Positions 24,649 to 34,934 of a stretch of DNA of 64,000 bases are shown here, one piece after another (positions within the stretch are counted from its first letter, which is position 1; the number at the start of each line of letters is the position of its first letter). Below the pieces are notes generated by a model, which was given only the letters and a program-made list of their open reading frames with translations, had not been told where the DNA came from and did not search any database. Location: sequence record PQ898399.1; one strand, written 5' to 3'. Position numbers and translations under genes: made by a program.

Positions 24649-25070
24649 TTGAAATAGAAGTTGTAACTACTAAGAAAAAACTTAGTATGTCATTGCTAAA
24701 ACAAATGCCAATGGCTTCTATTTCCGGAATAAAATTTGCTATGATGGACCCTTCTCAAAGGGTCCTTGGATATGTTAATGCTTTTAAGTGGAATAAGATT
24801 AACATTCAAGTGGCAATCATTAATACCGGAAGTGATTGGGCATTAGTTCCACTATATGAAACTGTGTTAAAAGAGCATGTTCAGCGGGAACAACACCCAG
24901 ATGGCCAAGAATATCATACGCATGAAGTGAAATACTATTATTCTTACCAGAAAGTTGGAAATATTAATAGAACTTCAAAGAAAAGCGAAGATAAAGAACA
25001 CGTTGAACAATGTGTTAAAATTACCAATGAGCTAGTAAAATTTGCCAAAGGACAACACATTTATCTATGA
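24645..25070 (+). CDS. hypothetical protein
   Basis: coupled ORF. Confidence 0.75.
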   Translation: MIEIEVVTTKKKLSMSLLKQMPMASISGIKFAMMDPSQRVLGYVNAFKWNKINIQVAIINTGSDWALVPLYETVLKEHVQREQHPDGQEYHTHEVKYYYSYQKVGNINRTSKKSEDKEHVEQCVKITNELVKFAKGQHIYL

Positions 25071-26077
25071 AAACAGTTATGAAAGGCTACTTCGGTAGCC
25101 ATCTTTACGGTACGTCAACACCAGAAAGTGACACGGACTTCAAAGAAATCTTCGTTCCACACCCAAAAGATATTCTTATGGGTCGTGCAATGAACCATAC
25201 TAATATGAATACTAACAACACTTCAACAAAGAATTCTCACGATGACGTTGACCATGAACTCTATTCTCTCAAGTATTGGTTGGAACTCGCTCAGTCAGGA
25301 GAAACTGTTGCTCTTGATATGCTTCATACTCCTGCTAATCTGATTGTTAAATCTGACCTGCCTGATGTCTGGAAATTTATCCAAGATAACCGCTGGCGTT
25401 TCTACACCACTGATATGAAAGCTTATCTTGGTTATGTGCGTAAGCAAGCGGCTAAGTATGGCGTCAAAGGTTCTCGTTTAGCTGAACTTCGTAAAGTGCT
25501 TGAGGTGTTAGAGCCTTATCCAGAATGGAAATATGAAGATCGTCCAAAGGATAAAGCTCACAATGTTCGTTGGAAAGTTGCTGATATTGCTCATCTGCTT
25601 CCGATTTCAGAGTTTCTTGAATGGACTGATTTCGTTGACCACAAATCTGGTGTGCAGAAGTTCTACAACGTGCTTGGCCGTAAGTTCCAGACAACAATCA
25701 CTGTTGCCGAAATGAAATACAGTCTCACTAAACTGTGGAACGAATATGGCGAACGTGCTCGCAAAGCAGAAGCTAATGAAGGCGTAGATTGGAAAGCTCT
25801 GTCTCATGCTCTTCGTGGTGGCCTTCAACTGCAGGAAATCTACACAACTGGTGATTTGGTTTATCCGCTTAAAGATGCTGAGTTCATCAAGAAAGTTAAA
25901 GCCGGTACTATTCCATTCAAAGAAGTTCAAGAATGGTTAGAAAACTGCGTAGATGAAGTTGAACGTCAAAGCATCATCGCTTCTAAAAACGGCATGCCTG
26001 ATAAAGTTGACATGACGTTCTGGGACAAGTTCTTGGAAGAAGTTTATCTGGCTAACCACAACTCTTACTACAGGTGA
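25067..26077 (+). CDS. nrdC.11: NrdC.11 nucleotidyltransferase-like protein
   Basis: MKTVMKGYFGSHLYGTSTPESDTDFKEIFVP; 336 aa. Confidence 0.92.
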   Translation: MKTVMKGYFGSHLYGTSTPESDTDFKEIFVPHPKDILMGRAMNHTNMNTNNTSTKNSHDDVDHELYSLKYWLELAQSGETVALDMLHTPANLIVKSDLPDVWKFIQDNRWRFYTTDMKAYLGYVRKQAAKYGVKGSRLAELRKVLEVLEPYPEWKYEDRPKDKAHNVRWKVADIAHLLPISEFLEWTDFVDHKSGVQKFYNVLGRKFQTTITVAEMKYSLTKLWNEYGERARKAEANEGVDWKALSHALRGGLQLQEIYTTGDLVYPLKDAEFIKKVKAGTIPFKEVQEWLENCVDEVERQSIIASKNGMPDKVDMTFWDKFLEEVYLANHNSYYR

Positions 26078-26334
26078 TTATGGTTACTTTACTTTTGGCT
26101 CAACTATGGTGGATTATGCCTGTCTTTATTGCATTGGTTTATCTAGCCGTCGGGTGGCTCATCACAAACGCTCTCGTTAAACGAGGGTACATAGAGACAC
26201 CTTTTAATTACTTGTTTAGTATTATATTATGGCTGCCTGTCGGTGTCATACAAGTCATCTGGCGTATCTTAAGTTGGTTGTTAATGCAACCAAAGCTGTT
26301 TGCTGAACGTCAGCTAGAAAAACACTCAAAATAA
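26074..26334 (+). CDS. hypothetical membrane protein
   Basis: hydrophobic. Confidence 0.7.
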   Translation: MIMVTLLLAQLWWIMPVFIALVYLAVGWLITNALVKRGYIETPFNYLFSIILWLPVGVIQVIWRILSWLLMQPKLFAERQLEKHSK

Positions 26335-26352
26335 CCTCCTTCGGGAGGTTTT
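26333..26352 (+). terminator. cUUCGg terminator
   Basis: aacctcc-TTCG-ggaggtt + T run. Confidence 0.85.
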
Positions 26353-26380
26353 GTTGTTTTTAAAGAAAGTTTTCAAAAGT

Positions 26381-26416
26381 GTTTACAAGTGCTATAGCAT
26401 ATGGTATTATAGCACT
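26381..26416 (+). promoter_or_regulatory. early promoter with stem-loop
   Basis: GTTTAC; agtgctata/tatagcact inverted repeat. Confidence 0.75.
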
Positions 26417-26438
26417 ATCAAAACCAAAGGAGAACAAA

Positions 26439-26657
26439 ATGAAAACTTTACAAATCGTAGTAAACAACGTTGCAAAAGCCGAAGAAGTAGCTCGTCAATA
26501 CAATGTTAAATTTGAAGCTTTGATGGTCGGGGAAGTTTTTTCTAAATTAGCAAACATCTCTGGTACTACTGACGAACTGATTGACTTCGTTGATGAGTTC
26601 TTCTTGGACTCTAAAGTTCGTCCTTACTACATCAACGAAATTTTAGAATTAGTTTAA
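26439..26657 (+). CDS. hypothetical early protein
   Basis: AAGGAG RBS before ATG 26439. Confidence 0.75.
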   Translation: MKTLQIVVNNVAKAEEVARQYNVKFEALMVGEVFSKLANISGTTDELIDFVDEFFLDSKVRPYYINEILELV

Positions 26658-26664
26658 AAATATT

Positions 26665-26706
26665 GTTTACAATGGTATGAGATGATGATACTATTACCTC
26701 ATACCA
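26665..26706 (+). promoter_or_regulatory. early promoter with stem-loop
   Basis: GTTTAC; tggtatgag/ctcatacca inverted repeat. Confidence 0.75.
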
Positions 26707-26731
26707 AACAAATAGAAACTCGGAGAACAAA

Positions 26732-27709
26732 ATGAAAACCATCACTATCGCTAAAGGTACTAACTTCGGTAAAGAAATCTCTGGTACCTTCGAACTTCTG
26801 GGCGAGTGGTTCCCAAAAGATTTATCAGAATCTGACGCTGCTCAGGGTGATGGTAAAGTATTCGTAAACATCGATGGTAAGAAACGCGGAGTATGGGTTT
26901 TCCACGGTGATTACAAAATTGAAGGTCAAGAAGCTAAAGAAGTTCTGACCGAATCTGTTGAAGAAATGAAAGCACGTATCGCTAAACGCTTCAACGTTAT
27001 GGGGTTAATGACTGCTGGTCTGGTTAACGGGAACATTCGTTCACTGATTATCTCAGGCGCTGCTGGTATCGGTAAGACTTTCTCCTTGGACAAAGCATTA
27101 ACTAAAGCAGATGCTCGCGGTGATATTGAATACAAAATGGTTAACGGTAAGATTTCTGGTATCGGTCTTTACTGCCGTCTTTGGGAATCTCGCCATTCAA
27201 ATTCTGTTCTGCTTATTGATGATGTGGACGTATTTTCTGATATGGACATTCTGAACCTTCTGAAAGCTGCTCTTGATTCTGGTGAAAAACGTAAAGTTTG
27301 CTGGTCAACTGCTTCTGCTTTCCTGGAAGAAAAAGATATTCCAAACGAATTTGAATTTGAAGGTACTATCGTATTCATCACTAACGTTGATATTGACAAA
27401 GAATTAGAACGTGGTAGCAAATTAGCTCCGCATCTTTCTGCTTTGGTATCTCGTTCTGTTTATCTGGACCTCGGTGTTCACACAAATGAAGAAATCATGT
27501 CTCGTGTTGAAGATGTTATTATGACAACCGACATGTTGCAGAACCGCGGATTAAAGCACTACCAAGTACTTGACGTTCTGGCATTTATGCAAAACAACGT
27601 TAATCGTCTTCGTAATGTATCTCTCCGCACAGCTCTTTACCTGGCAGATTTCGTCGCTACTGACGAGAAAAACTGGACTGAAATTGCTGAAGTAACTATG
27701 CTGAAATAA
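26732..27709 (+). CDS. nrdC.10: NrdC.10 AAA-type ATPase
   Basis: SLIISGAAGIGKT Walker A, LLIDDVD Walker B; T4 nrdC.10-like throughout. Confidence 0.92.
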   Translation: MKTITIAKGTNFGKEISGTFELLGEWFPKDLSESDAAQGDGKVFVNIDGKKRGVWVFHGDYKIEGQEAKEVLTESVEEMKARIAKRFNVMGLMTAGLVNGNIRSLIISGAAGIGKTFSLDKALTKADARGDIEYKMVNGKISGIGLYCRLWESRHSNSVLLIDDVDVFSDMDILNLLKAALDSGEKRKVCWSTASAFLEEKDIPNEFEFEGTIVFITNVDIDKELERGSKLAPHLSALVSRSVYLDLGVHTNEEIMSRVEDVIMTTDMLQNRGLKHYQVLDVLAFMQNNVNRLRNVSLRTALYLADFVATDEKNWTEIAEVTMLK

Positions 27710-27747
27710 TCAACCACGGGGCGAAAGCCCCAACTGAGGAAAATATT

Positions 27748-27894
27748 ATGGCTTCTTTAATTTCCAATGATGTAAAGCGAATTTTATTTAAAAGCGGAAT
27801 GTATATTGTTGATGTTCCTAAAGGAAATACTTCTTCTTGGACTATTTCAAACTGGATTAATTATATCGACGAAAATGGAGAATGGGTACAATGA
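27748..27894 (+). CDS. small hypothetical protein (48 aa)
   Basis: GAGGA RBS; my translation. Confidence 0.65.
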   Translation: MASLISNDVKRILFKSGMYIVDVPKGNTSSWTISNWINYIDENGEWVQ

Positions 27895-28232
27895 AAGTAA
27901 TCAGTGTAAAAGAATCAGACGTCTATGTCGCCAGAGTTTCACCAGACGACCGCCGCTCAGAAGTTTATGGTTACTATGACTCTTATTTTAAAGCTGAAGA
28001 GAGTGTCGCTGGTAAATCCTGGTATGGTTCAAACGGTACAGTTGACCGGCATCCTGTCAAAGCTTTGACACTTACCTTTGAAGACGGAAGCAAACTTTCT
28101 TTCTTAAAGAAAGATGGTTTTGAAATTCGCACTGAAACAGAAGCAGAACGAGTTGCTCGTTTAGAAAAAGTAAAACAATATGCTTTATCTAAATTGAACC
28201 CTGAAGAAAAACGTGCATTAGGCTTAATCTGA
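27891..28232 (+). CDS. hypothetical protein
   Basis: ATGA overlap. Confidence 0.75.
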   Translation: MKVISVKESDVYVARVSPDDRRSEVYGYYDSYFKAEESVAGKSWYGSNGTVDRHPVKALTLTFEDGSKLSFLKKDGFEIRTETEAERVARLEKVKQYALSKLNPEEKRALGLI

Positions 28233-28242
28233 GGAAATTATA

Positions 28243-28746
28243 ATGAGTAAATTAATCACTTATGAAATTAAATTTAAGCGTTTTGTCAACGGTATTTGGG
28301 ACGAAAAGTTCCGTGTAGCAACTGTAAAAGCCGAGAATCAATATCAAGCTGTATGGCATCTTGGCACTTATAACGATGACCAGAACATTGAAGATGTTAT
28401 TGTTATGGTTCAATCAAAAGACGGAAATCCAACTTATTTCGAAGAAGGTTGGACTTATGAAACTCTATCTGGTGATAAAGTCTTGATGACAAAATTCAAA
28501 GACCTTGGCCCAGACCGTCGCACTGGTTATGAAACTATTATGGACGAAAATGGTTGTCATCGTTATACTCGTCGTGACCAAGGACGTTGCACAGCTTCAG
28601 AAAATTGTAACCCTAAAAATATTCAGCTCGGTGTTTTCTGGATGCGTATGGATATTGATGACCCATATGATTTTGTTATGGAACGCAAATATTCTGATAA
28701 TGGGAAGGGCGTTAAAAGTAAAGAACGAGTTGAGGTGAAACTGTGA
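28243..28746 (+). CDS. hypothetical protein
   Basis: GAGGA RBS. Confidence 0.75.
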   Translation: MSKLITYEIKFKRFVNGIWDEKFRVATVKAENQYQAVWHLGTYNDDQNIEDVIVMVQSKDGNPTYFEEGWTYETLSGDKVLMTKFKDLGPDRRTGYETIMDENGCHRYTRRDQGRCTASENCNPKNIQLGVFWMRMDIDDPYDFVMERKYSDNGKGVKSKERVEVKL

Positions 28747-29210
28747 GCATTCAAAAAGTAAAAGACTGGGTTGCACAAACTTCTGTTTACCCTCCGGCGC
28801 ATATTTACCAAGGAATGGTTCAAGGTAAACAAGAGAAGCTCGCTATTAAACTTTGTGAAGAGTTATATAGGTTTAATCATGGTAACCAGCCAAATGTCTT
28901 AGGTGAACTTAGAGCATCCTGGCGAGAACTCGAAGTTACAATGAAAATGGCCGAAAGTGATTCAGAAAATATCTTTGTTCTAGATTCTTATTGGGCTAAG
29001 GTAATTGGCGAGTTCTTGTACTGGGCCAAAGAAGCTGTCCGTAAAATGGATGAAGTTTATAAAGGACATCAAGCAGTAAATGCTTATTATGGTCTATGGA
29101 AACTTAAAGCAAAAGAAATCAATTCAGCAATGTATGATACAGTAACTCCTCAATTGTGGATTAAATGCATTGAAGTGTATGACGAAATGGTGAAAACTCA
29201 TGACAAGTGA
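28743..29210 (+). CDS. hypothetical protein
   Basis: coupled ORF. Confidence 0.7.
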   Translation: MSIQKVKDWVAQTSVYPPAHIYQGMVQGKQEKLAIKLCEELYRFNHGNQPNVLGELRASWRELEVTMKMAESDSENIFVLDSYWAKVIGEFLYWAKEAVRKMDEVYKGHQAVNAYYGLWKLKAKEINSAMYDTVTPQLWIKCIEVYDEMVKTHDK

Positions 29211-29382
29211 ACAACTCAAAGAGTTCATCAAAACCTATTTAAAAGAGAATGCGCAATTTGATGTCTATGCTCCATCTTACAAAGACTCAACTATGCGCGT
29301 AACGTTAACATTAGAAGGTGAAGAAATAGCCACGGCAGCGGTGTGGGCTTCTGATATTCCTAAGGATTCAAGCCCATGGTAA
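29200..29382 (+). CDS. hypothetical protein
   Basis: coupled ORF. Confidence 0.65.
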   Translation: MTSEQLKEFIKTYLKENAQFDVYAPSYKDSTMRVTLTLEGEEIATAAVWASDIPKDSSPW

Positions 29383-29591
29383 TTCCAGTTCTTATTGCTT
29401 TAGCAATAGTGGTTTATTTACTAGGTGGAGTTGCCTTTCTTAAAACTTTCGCTTGGTGTCTTGGAATGCCGGCATCAAGCTGTCGCACTACTAAACAAAA
29501 AGTGGTTAAATACTTGGCAGAATGGTCTATGATTTTATTCTATCCGTTCTGGATTATTTTCATGGTTGGTGTTTTAATTGTAGGTAAATAA
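29376..29591 (+). CDS. hypothetical membrane protein
   Basis: two hydrophobic segments. Confidence 0.7.
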   Translation: MVIPVLIALAIVVYLLGGVAFLKTFAWCLGMPASSCRTTKQKVVKYLAEWSMILFYPFWIIFMVGVLIVGK

Positions 29592-30026
29592 ATGGGCTAC
29601 GGATTAGATGAACTAAACGATTGGTATGATGATTATGAAGACGAAGACTATGAAAATGAAGAATATGGTCACGAGCCTCGGCCCATCAACTTGCATGGTG
29701 ACCGAATTGAAGTCCTCAGACTTCTCAACAGTAGTCAAAGGACTAGCACAACTCGAGAAAGAAAGCTTAAAGAAGTCAAAGAGCGTAGTAGTCAAAGTCC
29801 TCAAAAGAAGACCACAACAACCCGGTATGATATCATGGAACCCATCTACCGAAATAATGCATTAATGAAAGTTGGCACAACATTAGTATGTCCAAGTTGT
29901 GGTGAGCCATTTAAGAAGAAATCATACCAGCAAAAGTTTTGTCGCACTAATGGAAATAAGTGCAAGGACTATTTCTGGAATTGTCATCCAGACCGAATAG
30001 GTCGAACAGAGGAGTGGAAGCGATGA
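29592..30026 (+). CDS. hypothetical protein, acidic N-terminus and C-terminal Cys cluster
   Basis: CPSC...KFC....KC. Confidence 0.7.
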   Translation: MGYGLDELNDWYDDYEDEDYENEEYGHEPRPINLHGDRIEVLRLLNSSQRTSTTRERKLKEVKERSSQSPQKKTTTTRYDIMEPIYRNNALMKVGTTLVCPSCGEPFKKKSYQQKFCRTNGNKCKDYFWNCHPDRIGRTEEWKR

Positions 30027-30391
30027 GTTTGAAATCTACAGCTTTGGAAATGCTTCGAAAGAACAATAGAGAAGCAAAATTAGACTTTTATAATCGTATG
30101 ACTGATTCTATAGTAGAATATAAAAATGCTATTGATGAAGCGTCAGACTATTGGATTCGTAATGCAACAGCTTGTGATGACACTCCTGATAACAACACGG
30201 GAAAGCGTTTGTACCATAAGAAACGTTGTAAAGCTCTAATTGCTATGGACCGTGAGCAACTGCAAGCTGCGCATTTATTTGAGATGGAAAAAATTATCAA
30301 TGAGACTCTTTATAACAATCAAATGCAAACAGCTGTTATAGAAAAGTCTGTGTGGTTCTCTGGCGACCCTAATACTCCAGCTTATCACTAA
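30023..30391 (+). CDS. hypothetical protein
   Basis: GAGGAG RBS before ATG 30023. Confidence 0.7.
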   Translation: MSLKSTALEMLRKNNREAKLDFYNRMTDSIVEYKNAIDEASDYWIRNATACDDTPDNNTGKRLYHKKRCKALIAMDREQLQAAHLFEMEKIINETLYNNQMQTAVIEKSVWFSGDPNTPAYH

Positions 30392-30454
30392 AGTTCGCCC
30401 CGGCTTCGCTGGGGCATTTTTGTATCCTCGTAATATGATTTATCATCCTTCCTA

Positions 30455-30486
30455 AGAAAGTTCCTCTCAACCGTTCTGGTGAATCC
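30455..30486. repeat. 32-bp intergenic repeat, copy 2 (copy 1 at 6905-6936)
   Basis: 30/32 identical; between terminator (~30395-30421) and early promoter GTTTAC at 30497. Confidence 0.85.
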
Positions 30487-30556
30487 GCATTCAACCGTTT
30501 ACAACACTAAAAAGTTAGTATATGATAATCTCGTAATCAACCAACGGAGAAACAAA

Positions 30557-31330
30557 ATGCTAACTGAAATCATCGACTCAATCTTAGATGAAAATCGTAA
30601 AGCACATGCAGCACGCCGAGCGAAAGTTGAAGAACGCGCTTTGGAATTGAATGCTGGATGGGCGAAGACCCGCTACGGTCGTGAAGGATTTGATAAGGTG
30701 GTTGCTCCAACCTGGGGAATTGATGATCGTCCACATGCTCCGTTCGATGGTTATCTCTGGGAAAATGAACTTGGCGAAGTGGAAGCATATCACGCTGGTA
30801 GTTATCTTCCATACGTTACGGAACTTGATTACTTTGACAAACCAGAGTACACAAGAGACCATGGATGGTGGAAACTTCGTTTAACTGCAGCAATGTATGT
30901 TGAACTTAAGCTTTACGGTTGCCCTATCGAGGTCCGTGAGCCTTATAAACGCTGGGAACTTGAAGATTTCACCACTGTTATGATGGTTGAAGTCAGAGCT
31001 CATAAGAATGTTCTTATGGCTATTCAAGAAGCTTCTAAGAAATTCTTTGATGAACTGTATGAATCATTCAAAAAGAATAAAGGTGAAGCACCCACTGGTA
31101 AGCAAACAGTGAAAGGTAAAGTCGTTTCAGTTAAGTGCTGGGAAGACTATTATGGAATGCAAGTCAAAATGACTGTCCGTCTTGAAAACGGTGCTACTGT
31201 TTATGGCTCATTACCAAAAGCAGTTCCGATGGATTATCGTGGAATTATTGAATTCTCTGCAACTTTTGAACACGCTAAAGATGACAACACTCATTCGTTC
31301 TTTAAGCGTCCAACAAAAGTAAAAATTTAA
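30557..31330 (+). CDS. hypothetical protein, possible C-terminal OB-fold
   Basis: GGAG RBS before ATG 30557; VKGKVVSVK...KMTVRLENG. Confidence 0.8.
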   Translation: MLTEIIDSILDENRKAHAARRAKVEERALELNAGWAKTRYGREGFDKVVAPTWGIDDRPHAPFDGYLWENELGEVEAYHAGSYLPYVTELDYFDKPEYTRDHGWWKLRLTAAMYVELKLYGCPIEVREPYKRWELEDFTTVMMVEVRAHKNVLMAIQEASKKFFDELYESFKKNKGEAPTGKQTVKGKVVSVKCWEDYYGMQVKMTVRLENGATVYGSLPKAVPMDYRGIIEFSATFEHAKDDNTHSFFKRPTKVKI

Positions 31331-31332
31331 AA

Positions 31333-31372
31333 TGCTTTCTGAATCCGTGATGTATAATGGTTTCACGGATTC
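31333..31372 (+). promoter_or_regulatory. T4-type middle promoter (MotA box) with stem-loop
   Basis: TGCTTT...TATAAT; gaatccgtga/tcacggattc inverted repeat. Confidence 0.75.
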
Positions 31373-31408
31373 TCAATCAAATTTACGCCTGACAATGAAG
31401 GAATAGAA

Positions 31409-32407
31409 ATGAATTTAGTAAATGTATTTACCAACAACAATTTCAATACTTACATCAAAGAACTTATTGCTAATGCTGAAACGTCTTTCAACTTCGTTCC
31501 AGGTGAAGGATTACGAGCTGACCGAATTGAAAAGCTTGGATGTATTCGTCAGTGGATTTCAACCATTTTAAACACTGAATTTAGTAAAATGGGAATTAAT
31601 GCTCGCATCAACGCTACGCGAATAGCTACTGGAGATGCTAACAAACCTGACGCCTGGATTGATGTATTGCGCAGCAGTGGAATTATCCGCCGTGTTAAAG
31701 CAAATAACTGTCTTCGTCATTACTTGACCAAAGCCGACGATGAATTTAATGACGGTTGGATTGAAATGTATTACAATGTTGCTGGTGATAGAACTCATGC
31801 GTATAGTAAAGGCGGTATTAAGTTCGCTATTAATCGGTTCTCTAACGATGTTTCTCGTATCCTTCGTTTGGGTGCAGCTTTTCTGAGCGAAAACGATAAA
31901 GCAAAAATTAAATTCCATCTTTCGATGGATAAATCATTTTTACCAGCAATTTCATTCACTGAAGATGAAGTAAGCAAAGATACAATGGTTATTACCATTC
32001 GTAATGGGTATCGTGACAATGGCGATATGCAGCGTATTTCTAAACAGATTATTGCAGCTCTGTCAAGAATGAAAGTTGTTCGTCATAGTAATATGATTAT
32101 TGAAACTTCATCACAGCATCGAATTGCGGTAACTTTTAATACGCCTAAAACTGACAATACTGTAGTGGAAACATCCATGACACCAATGAAAGAACATAAC
32201 ACCATTGAAACTCCTGTTGATATCAATAAAGCAATTCAAGCAAAAATCAACGAGCTTGAAGAAGAGTTCAATGAACTTGAAATGAAAAAGCGTAATCTTA
32301 ATGATGAAGTTTCACGAATTAGTTCTCGTACTATTCAATTGAAACGTCAAATGGAAACTCTGAAGATTTCGTTAGGAGTTATCTCTGAACCTAAGGCTGG
32401 TGTATGA
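31409..32407 (+). CDS. hypothetical protein with C-terminal coiled coil (nrdC.x region)
   Basis: 332 aa ORF, AAGGA RBS. Confidence 0.8.
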   Translation: MNLVNVFTNNNFNTYIKELIANAETSFNFVPGEGLRADRIEKLGCIRQWISTILNTEFSKMGINARINATRIATGDANKPDAWIDVLRSSGIIRRVKANNCLRHYLTKADDEFNDGWIEMYYNVAGDRTHAYSKGGIKFAINRFSNDVSRILRLGAAFLSENDKAKIKFHLSMDKSFLPAISFTEDEVSKDTMVITIRNGYRDNGDMQRISKQIIAALSRMKVVRHSNMIIETSSQHRIAVTFNTPKTDNTVVETSMTPMKEHNTIETPVDINKAIQAKINELEEEFNELEMKKRNLNDEVSRISSRTIQLKRQMETLKISLGVISEPKAGV

Positions 32408-32661
32408 AAAAGCAATTAGCAGAAGATGTTGACTTAAGTCAAGAAATTTTAGATGACCCTGAAGGAATGGAGCGGCTTCTGGCCGCTACTCGCTGGGAAG
32501 CGATGATGGAAATGGTTGAACGTCGTGAAGCAGCAGCTAAACAAGTTACGCCTTGTCCAAAATGTGATAGTATTCAAGTACAATTAGTTAACTGGCAAAC
32601 TCCTCAACTTCAGATGAAATGCCGAATCTGTTTCCATAAATTTGTGAAGGAATTAAAATGA
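32404..32661 (+). CDS. zinc-ribbon protein
   Basis: CPKC...CRIC. Confidence 0.8.
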   Translation: MKKQLAEDVDLSQEILDDPEGMERLLAATRWEAMMEMVERREAAAKQVTPCPKCDSIQVQLVNWQTPQLQMKCRICFHKFVKELK

Positions 32662-33083
32662 CACCTCGTATGAAATTTCTTGTAGCAGCAATTTGCTTTT
32701 GGTGTTTCTCTATTTTCACTGATGTGCGTCCTGATTTTTCAAAGGAACAGCTCGTTAAAGCAGAATTAGTTCAACTTTATTCCGGAACTTCAACTGGAAA
32801 ATATTCTCATCTGGAATTCATTGCTGTTTATGAAGACCAAAATGGTCGAAGATTTGACAGAGAAATTTCACCTGCATTTTATAGCATGGCACAAGTTGGT
32901 TCAATGTACGATTTGGAAATACGACCTGAGTTAATCTATTCAGAGTATCGCCAAGGCTGGAATGCTGCGTGGTCATTTGGTTCAGCGTTTCTTTATATTA
33001 TCACTTATATACTTGCTTTATTCTTTTCTGTGATAGTATGTTTACCTAAATCGACTATTGATTGGATGAATTCAGATATTTAA
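32658..33083 (+). CDS. hypothetical membrane protein
   Basis: N- and C-terminal hydrophobic segments. Confidence 0.75.
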   Translation: MTPRMKFLVAAICFWCFSIFTDVRPDFSKEQLVKAELVQLYSGTSTGKYSHLEFIAVYEDQNGRRFDREISPAFYSMAQVGSMYDLEIRPELIYSEYRQGWNAAWSFGSAFLYIITYILALFFSVIVCLPKSTIDWMNSDI

Positions 33084-33095
33084 GAGGAAAATATT

Positions 33096-33611
33096 ATGTC
33101 ACTCATTGATTTAAAATTAGACACCAATACAATCCGTCAACTGTTCCCAGAAGGAACAGAAATTCGTGCTGCTTTACAGCAGTCCGTTATTCAGAACATC
33201 GTCAAAGAGATGGTGCTTAAAGACTCTGATAACAAAATTCGTAAAGCGGTTTCACAAGAAATTGATTTACTTGGTGCTCGTGTTCCTTCAGTAAAAGCTG
33301 CTGTTGAAACTGAACTCAAAACGTTCTTCACTAAGCGCGGTTGGAATAACTATGACTCAACGTTTGAGTTAGATACTGCAATGCGGAAAGAAGCTACTGA
33401 AGTTGCTCAGAATATTATTTAGAATAAAATTACTAAGTGTATTGAAGAAGCCGCTAAAAAATTAGAAAACCGCATTGAAGATACTCTTCGAATGACTGAA
33501 CATCGCTGGGAACAAATGATTGTTTCTCGTATCAATAATCACTTTGGTAATATGCTCGATAAAGCAATTGCTGAACGTATTGCTGCCGCTTTCCCTGAGG
33601 TGAAGAAATGA
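33096..33611 (+). pseudogene. hypothetical gene interrupted by in-frame TAG at 33420-33422
   Basis: frame stays open 62 more codons to TGA 33609-33611, which overlaps the next ATG (33608). Confidence 0.7.
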
Positions 33612-33943
33612 AAACTACCGGTGCACTTTGGAAAGAATTCTACAACGATGAAGCCTTCTGGGAAGGCTATTATCATGACGATACACTGATTCTGTTTGAT
33701 GGTGTAGAAGTTGAAGATTATGAAGACCCAGCTCCAGATGCAGTAGTTACAATTGAGTCTGGTTACGTCTATAAAAATGATGAAGACAGCTTTACAGCTC
33801 ATGACCTTCGTTTAGAAACTTTCTTTAAGCGTTGGAAAAAGAAGCAAACAACTCGCACTATTGTGGTCACAGTCAACAAAGACGATTTTGACGAAGTGTT
33901 AGAAGTCATCCGCAACATTCCTGGTGTTAAGGCGGTCAAATGA
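33608..33943 (+). CDS. hypothetical protein
   Basis: ATGA overlap. Confidence 0.75.
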   Translation: MKTTGALWKEFYNDEAFWEGYYHDDTLILFDGVEVEDYEDPAPDAVVTIESGYVYKNDEDSFTAHDLRLETFFKRWKKKQTTRTIVVTVNKDDFDEVLEVIRNIPGVKAVK

Positions 33944-34233
33944 ATCCATTTCAAAGTAGTGCTATTTCTGAAACTGAAGAGATGAAATCTCTGTTTAAAG
34001 AGCTTCGCGAAGTTGCCGGGCGTATTTGTCTTCAATACGCTGAAGAAAAAGGTGAAAATCTTAATATGGACCATGTCCATCGTTCTCTTCACGCTTCAAT
34101 TGATTTTGATGTTATAATGTTCAAAACATATGCATACCATCAATTGAATAGTCAGCCTAACACTTCTCTTCCAATGAGTGAAAAGATTGCTGTTGCAGCT
34201 CACGAGTCTTATAAGAGATTAAAAGAACTATGA
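33940..34233 (+). CDS. hypothetical protein
   Basis: coupled ORF. Confidence 0.7.
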   Translation: MNPFQSSAISETEEMKSLFKELREVAGRICLQYAEEKGENLNMDHVHRSLHASIDFDVIMFKTYAYHQLNSQPNTSLPMSEKIAVAAHESYKRLKEL

Positions 34234-34523
34234 GCCGTAAAGAATATATGATTGAGGCTGAAGACAGCCTCCTCCGAATGATGGTAGCTTATCATAAAGA
34301 CCATGGTAAAATGCCGGATTCTTATTCAGTTTTGAAGAGTGCTTTAACCCGTGCTCATTCATTTGCGTTTGGCTCAATTAACCGTGAAGTTGCAAAACGT
34401 CTTGGTGTTAAATGGGACCATCGCACGCAAAATCATCCCGACTACGATAAAGTAGTCTCATCAGTTATTGAGGACATCTCTAGTGACATTCAAGGTTTTC
34501 GGTTACGACAGCAAGCATTTTAA
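34230..34523 (+). CDS. nrdC.1-like protein
   Basis: RKEYM..AE, HGK.PD.YSVLKSALTR. Confidence 0.7.
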   Translation: MSRKEYMIEAEDSLLRMMVAYHKDHGKMPDSYSVLKSALTRAHSFAFGSINREVAKRLGVKWDHRTQNHPDYDKVVSSVIEDISSDIQGFRLRQQAF

Positions 34524-34764
34524 ATGTGTTCCATGCATTAACTCTAAGCGTCTGTTAGATGCTAAACGTAAAGATTACGAGTTCATCTCTGTGACTTCAG
34601 GTAATAATGAAGATGGTACACCAATCTTTAATGAAGAAGTTATCTCTGAGCTTCTGACGCGTCTGAATAGACCATCTCGTGTTGGTTTGACAATGCCCCA
34701 GATTTTTGATGAAAAAGGTTCGCCTATCGGTGGATTTACTGAATTGAAGGAATATTTGAAATGA
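34483..34764 (+). CDS. nrdC: glutaredoxin/thioredoxin
   Basis: FKV.GYDS..KCVPC, GLTMPQIF, IGGF..L.EY; GTG start after GAGGA. Confidence 0.93.
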   Translation: MTFKVFGYDSKHFKCVPCINSKRLLDAKRKDYEFISVTSGNNEDGTPIFNEEVISELLTRLNRPSRVGLTMPQIFDEKGSPIGGFTELKEYLK

Positions 34765-34934
34765 GTCTGAACTCTGTATTGATTGACCCAAAGACAGAAG
34801 AAGTAATTTGCTCTGCTGAGCTTGCTCGTCTTCGCGAATGCGAAGCTTTACTTTGGGAAGTCGAACGTTCTCTTCCAAGTGGTTTAGAATCTTGGGTTGA
34901 TGATGAAGTTCTTGAAACTTTACGAGGTGAATAA
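34761..34934 (+). CDS. hypothetical protein (57 aa)
   Basis: my translation; coupled on both sides. Confidence 0.7.
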   Translation: MSLNSVLIDPKTEEVICSAELARLRECEALLWEVERSLPSGLESWVDDEVLETLRGE

